Shown here: positions 62,387 to 64,000 of the stretch, piece after piece | How positions within the stretch are numbered: position 1 is the first letter of the stretch | Layout: each line of letters opens with the position of its first letter | Source of the DNA: a virus | DNA: 64,000 bases | IMG/VR virus record: IMGVR_UViG_3300036761_003779 | Span: 32,001-96,000 of that record | Reading direction: 5' to 3' (one strand) | Translations under genes and position numbers: made by a program | The notes under the pieces: model-generated | Seen by the model: the letters and a program-made list of their open reading frames with translations, nothing else | Databases searched by the model: none | What the model was told of the DNA's origin: nothing

Positions 62387-62549
62387 CGCGCTCCAGGCGC
62401 TGCTCCCACCTTCTCTCACACGCCTCGCACCGCTCCGTCGCCGGCCGGCAGTCCCGGGCGCAGCCCGGACAGAGCCAGACGTCGTGCCCGCAGCGCGCGC
62501 GGACCCTCCGCGCCTCCGCGCCGCACATCTCGCAGGCGACCCGCTTCAC
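62358..62549 (-). CDS. Small Cys-rich protein
   Basis: CEMC, CGH, CPGC and CEAC; GTGA coupling. Confidence 0.45.
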   Translation of the reverse strand: MKRVACEMCGAEARRVRARCGHDVWLCPGCARDCRPATERCEACERRWEQRLERARARPARGA

Positions 62550-62770
62550 CGCCGCCACCACCCCTCCGGCGCGTCCGGGAGCAGGTCCACGTAGCGCGCC
62601 GCGGTCCGCCAGATCCGCCGGCATCCAGCGCAGCGGACCGCGGAGAACCGGCTCGGGGTCCGGCGATAGCCGGCAAAGGCGGAGTGGTTGCAGCGCCGCT
62701 GAGTGACCTCCCAGCGCCGCTCCGCCGGGGGCTTCCGGCTCTCCGGGCAGGTGCAGACGTTCCCGCTCAC
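62546..62770 (-). CDS. Small zinc-ribbon-like protein
   Basis: CTC...CNHSAF...CAGC; GTGA coupling. Confidence 0.5.
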   Translation of the reverse strand: MSGNVCTCPESRKPPAERRWEVTQRRCNHSAFAGYRRTPSRFSAVRCAGCRRIWRTAARYVDLLPDAPEGWWRR

Positions 62771-63015
62771 TGGAGCGCCCTCACGACGAGCCGCCCGACC
62801 GGGGTGAAGGCGGTCCAGCGGACGGTCGTGACCATCGAGAAGCCCGCGTCCGCCATCACGCGGTCCCGGGAGCGGACCGCGTTCATGGCATCGGCGGCCG
62901 ACGGGTGGCGCTCCTCCGAGCCCGGGTCCCAGCGGAGGACCCACTCGGAGCCGTCGCGCGCCTCCTCGATCTCGACGGTCGACGCGCGGAAGTTCCCGCG
63001 ATCTCGGTACGGCAT
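62767..63015 (-). CDS. Hypothetical protein
   Basis: GAGGAGG RBS before ATG 63015. Confidence 0.5.
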   Translation of the reverse strand: MPYRDRGNFRASTVEIEEARDGSEWVLRWDPGSEERHPSAADAMNAVRSRDRVMADAGFSMVTTVRWTAFTPVGRLVVRALQ

Positions 63016-63016
63016 C

Positions 63017-63325
63017 TCAGTCCTCCTCCCCGGCATGCCAACGCCTGGGAACGTAGCGCGGGACCACCTCCTCCTGAAGCTCCACGCAGCCCCTCCAGTT
63101 CAGGGCGGCCAGGAGGAGCGCCCGCCGCGGGAGGTCCCGGAAGACCACCCGCTCGATCTCGAAGTCCTCCCCGTAGCGGTGCCCCGCCAGCCGCGGACTC
63201 ACCCGGATCAGCTCCGCGCGCCGGCGCCGCGCCGCCCCGAGGGAGCCGAACCACTCGTCGTGGTCCTCCCCCTCCCCCTGACTCTCGTCCGCGCAGATGC
63301 CCAGGCGGTAGAGGGTAACTCCCAT
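63017..63325 (-). CDS. Hypothetical protein
   Basis: GGAGG before ATG 63325; tiles with its neighbours. Confidence 0.5.
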   Translation of the reverse strand: MGVTLYRLGICADESQGEGEDHDEWFGSLGAARRRRAELIRVSPRLAGHRYGEDFEIERVVFRDLPRRALLLAALNWRGCVELQEEVVPRYVPRRWHAGEED

Positions 63326-63327
63326 CC

Positions 63328-63582
63328 TCAGCCCTCCGTCCCGTACACGTCGGCGGCCGCCTCCGCCTCCTCCGCGTCGAAGTGCCGCCCGCAGGCGCGG
63401 CAGCAGTACATGAGCTGGAAGCCCGACTCCCCGTTGTCCTCGTGCGGCCCGCGGTCCCCGCACTCCGGGCAGGTGACCAGATTCTCCCCGCGCGCCTTCA
63501 GCTCCGCCGCCAGCCGCGTCAGGCCCGCCTGGTCCCCCGCCAGGAGGAGGTCCACCGCCATCTGATCCGCCGTCCGCGCCAT
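63328..63582 (-). CDS. Small zinc-ribbon protein
   Basis: CPECG...CRACG. Confidence 0.55.
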   Translation of the reverse strand: MARTADQMAVDLLLAGDQAGLTRLAAELKARGENLVTCPECGDRGPHEDNGESGFQLMYCCRACGRHFDAEEAEAAADVYGTEG

Positions 63583-63794
63583 CAGAGCACCTCCCCGTCC
63601 TGCGCGTCCTCGAGCGCCGCGCGATAGCCGCGGAGCCAGTTCGGCTCGTCCTTCGCGAGGCGGACCAGCGCCGCCACGTTCCGCGCCATCCAGGCGTAGC
63701 CGTTCCGCGCCAGGTCCGAGCGCCCCACCGCCAGCCCCGCCTGGAATTTCCGAACCGCCTTCTCGCTCTTCATCTTGCTCTCCGTCGTTTGCAT
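63582..63794 (-). CDS. Hypothetical protein
   Basis: First gene after the candidate promoter; TGATG coupling to the next gene. Confidence 0.5.
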   Translation of the reverse strand: MQTTESKMKSEKAVRKFQAGLAVGRSDLARNGYAWMARNVAALVRLAKDEPNWLRGYRAALEDAQDGEVL

Positions 63795-63800
63795 ACCCTC

Positions 63801-63828
63801 ATCTTAGCACATGGAAAGAATCTGTCCA
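63801..63828 (-). promoter_or_regulatory. Candidate promoter of the small-gene operon
   Basis: TGGACA-N16-TAAGAT with TGn, in an AT-rich patch; ATG follows 6 nt after the -10. Confidence 0.55.
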
Positions 63829-64000
63829 GACAGAAAATGAGCGCGGTCGAAGAAAAGAGGAGGGAGCGGCCGGGTCGGAGGCGGAGCCTCCCGAGTGCGC
63901 CGGGTCAGTCGGGTCGGAGGACCTTCTCGCGGGGGAGGCGCCGGACCTCCCCGGAGCGGCCCACCGCCGACCTTCGGTAGCTCCTGGGGAACCAGGCGAG

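Noticed and set aside
63905-64000. Possible 3' end of a minus-strand gene (…LAWFPRSYRRSAVGRSGEVRRLPREKVLRPD*)
   Set aside because: Too short and truncated to support a call.
1-64000. tRNA, rRNA, integrase or att sites
   Set aside because: None recognised by eye; lifestyle and prophage status cannot be determined from this window.

Overview
A 64 kb, very GC-rich segment of a tailed phage or prophage with a contractile (myovirus-type) tail. Almost all genes are on the minus strand. In transcription order (right to left): small Cys-rich accessory genes; a plus-strand candidate small terminase divergent from TerL; portal, head morphogenesis (gpF/gp7), XkdF-type prohead protease/scaffold and major capsid protein; a ~8 kb accessory block including a poly-gamma-glutamate hydrolase; head-tail connectors; sheath, gp19-type tube, tail chaperone with a -1 slippery site, tape measure and baseplate; many fibre/receptor-binding genes; holin- and spanin-like genes with no recognisable endolysin; a two-module tailspike; a small membrane operon with an MshEN-like protein; and a replication module (intein-containing SF2 helicase, two wHTH proteins with iterons, DnaC-like loader, intein-containing DnaB, truncated primase). 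The most striking element is the SF2-helicase intein (6592-7530). It has no in-frame endonuclease. Instead, a complete HTH-HNH endonuclease gene lies nested inside it on the opposite strand, with its own candidate promoter and RBS, while the intein frame stays open. All calls come from motif reading by eye; no database searches were run. The host is unknown; a high-GC diderm such as a myxobacterium is only an inference.
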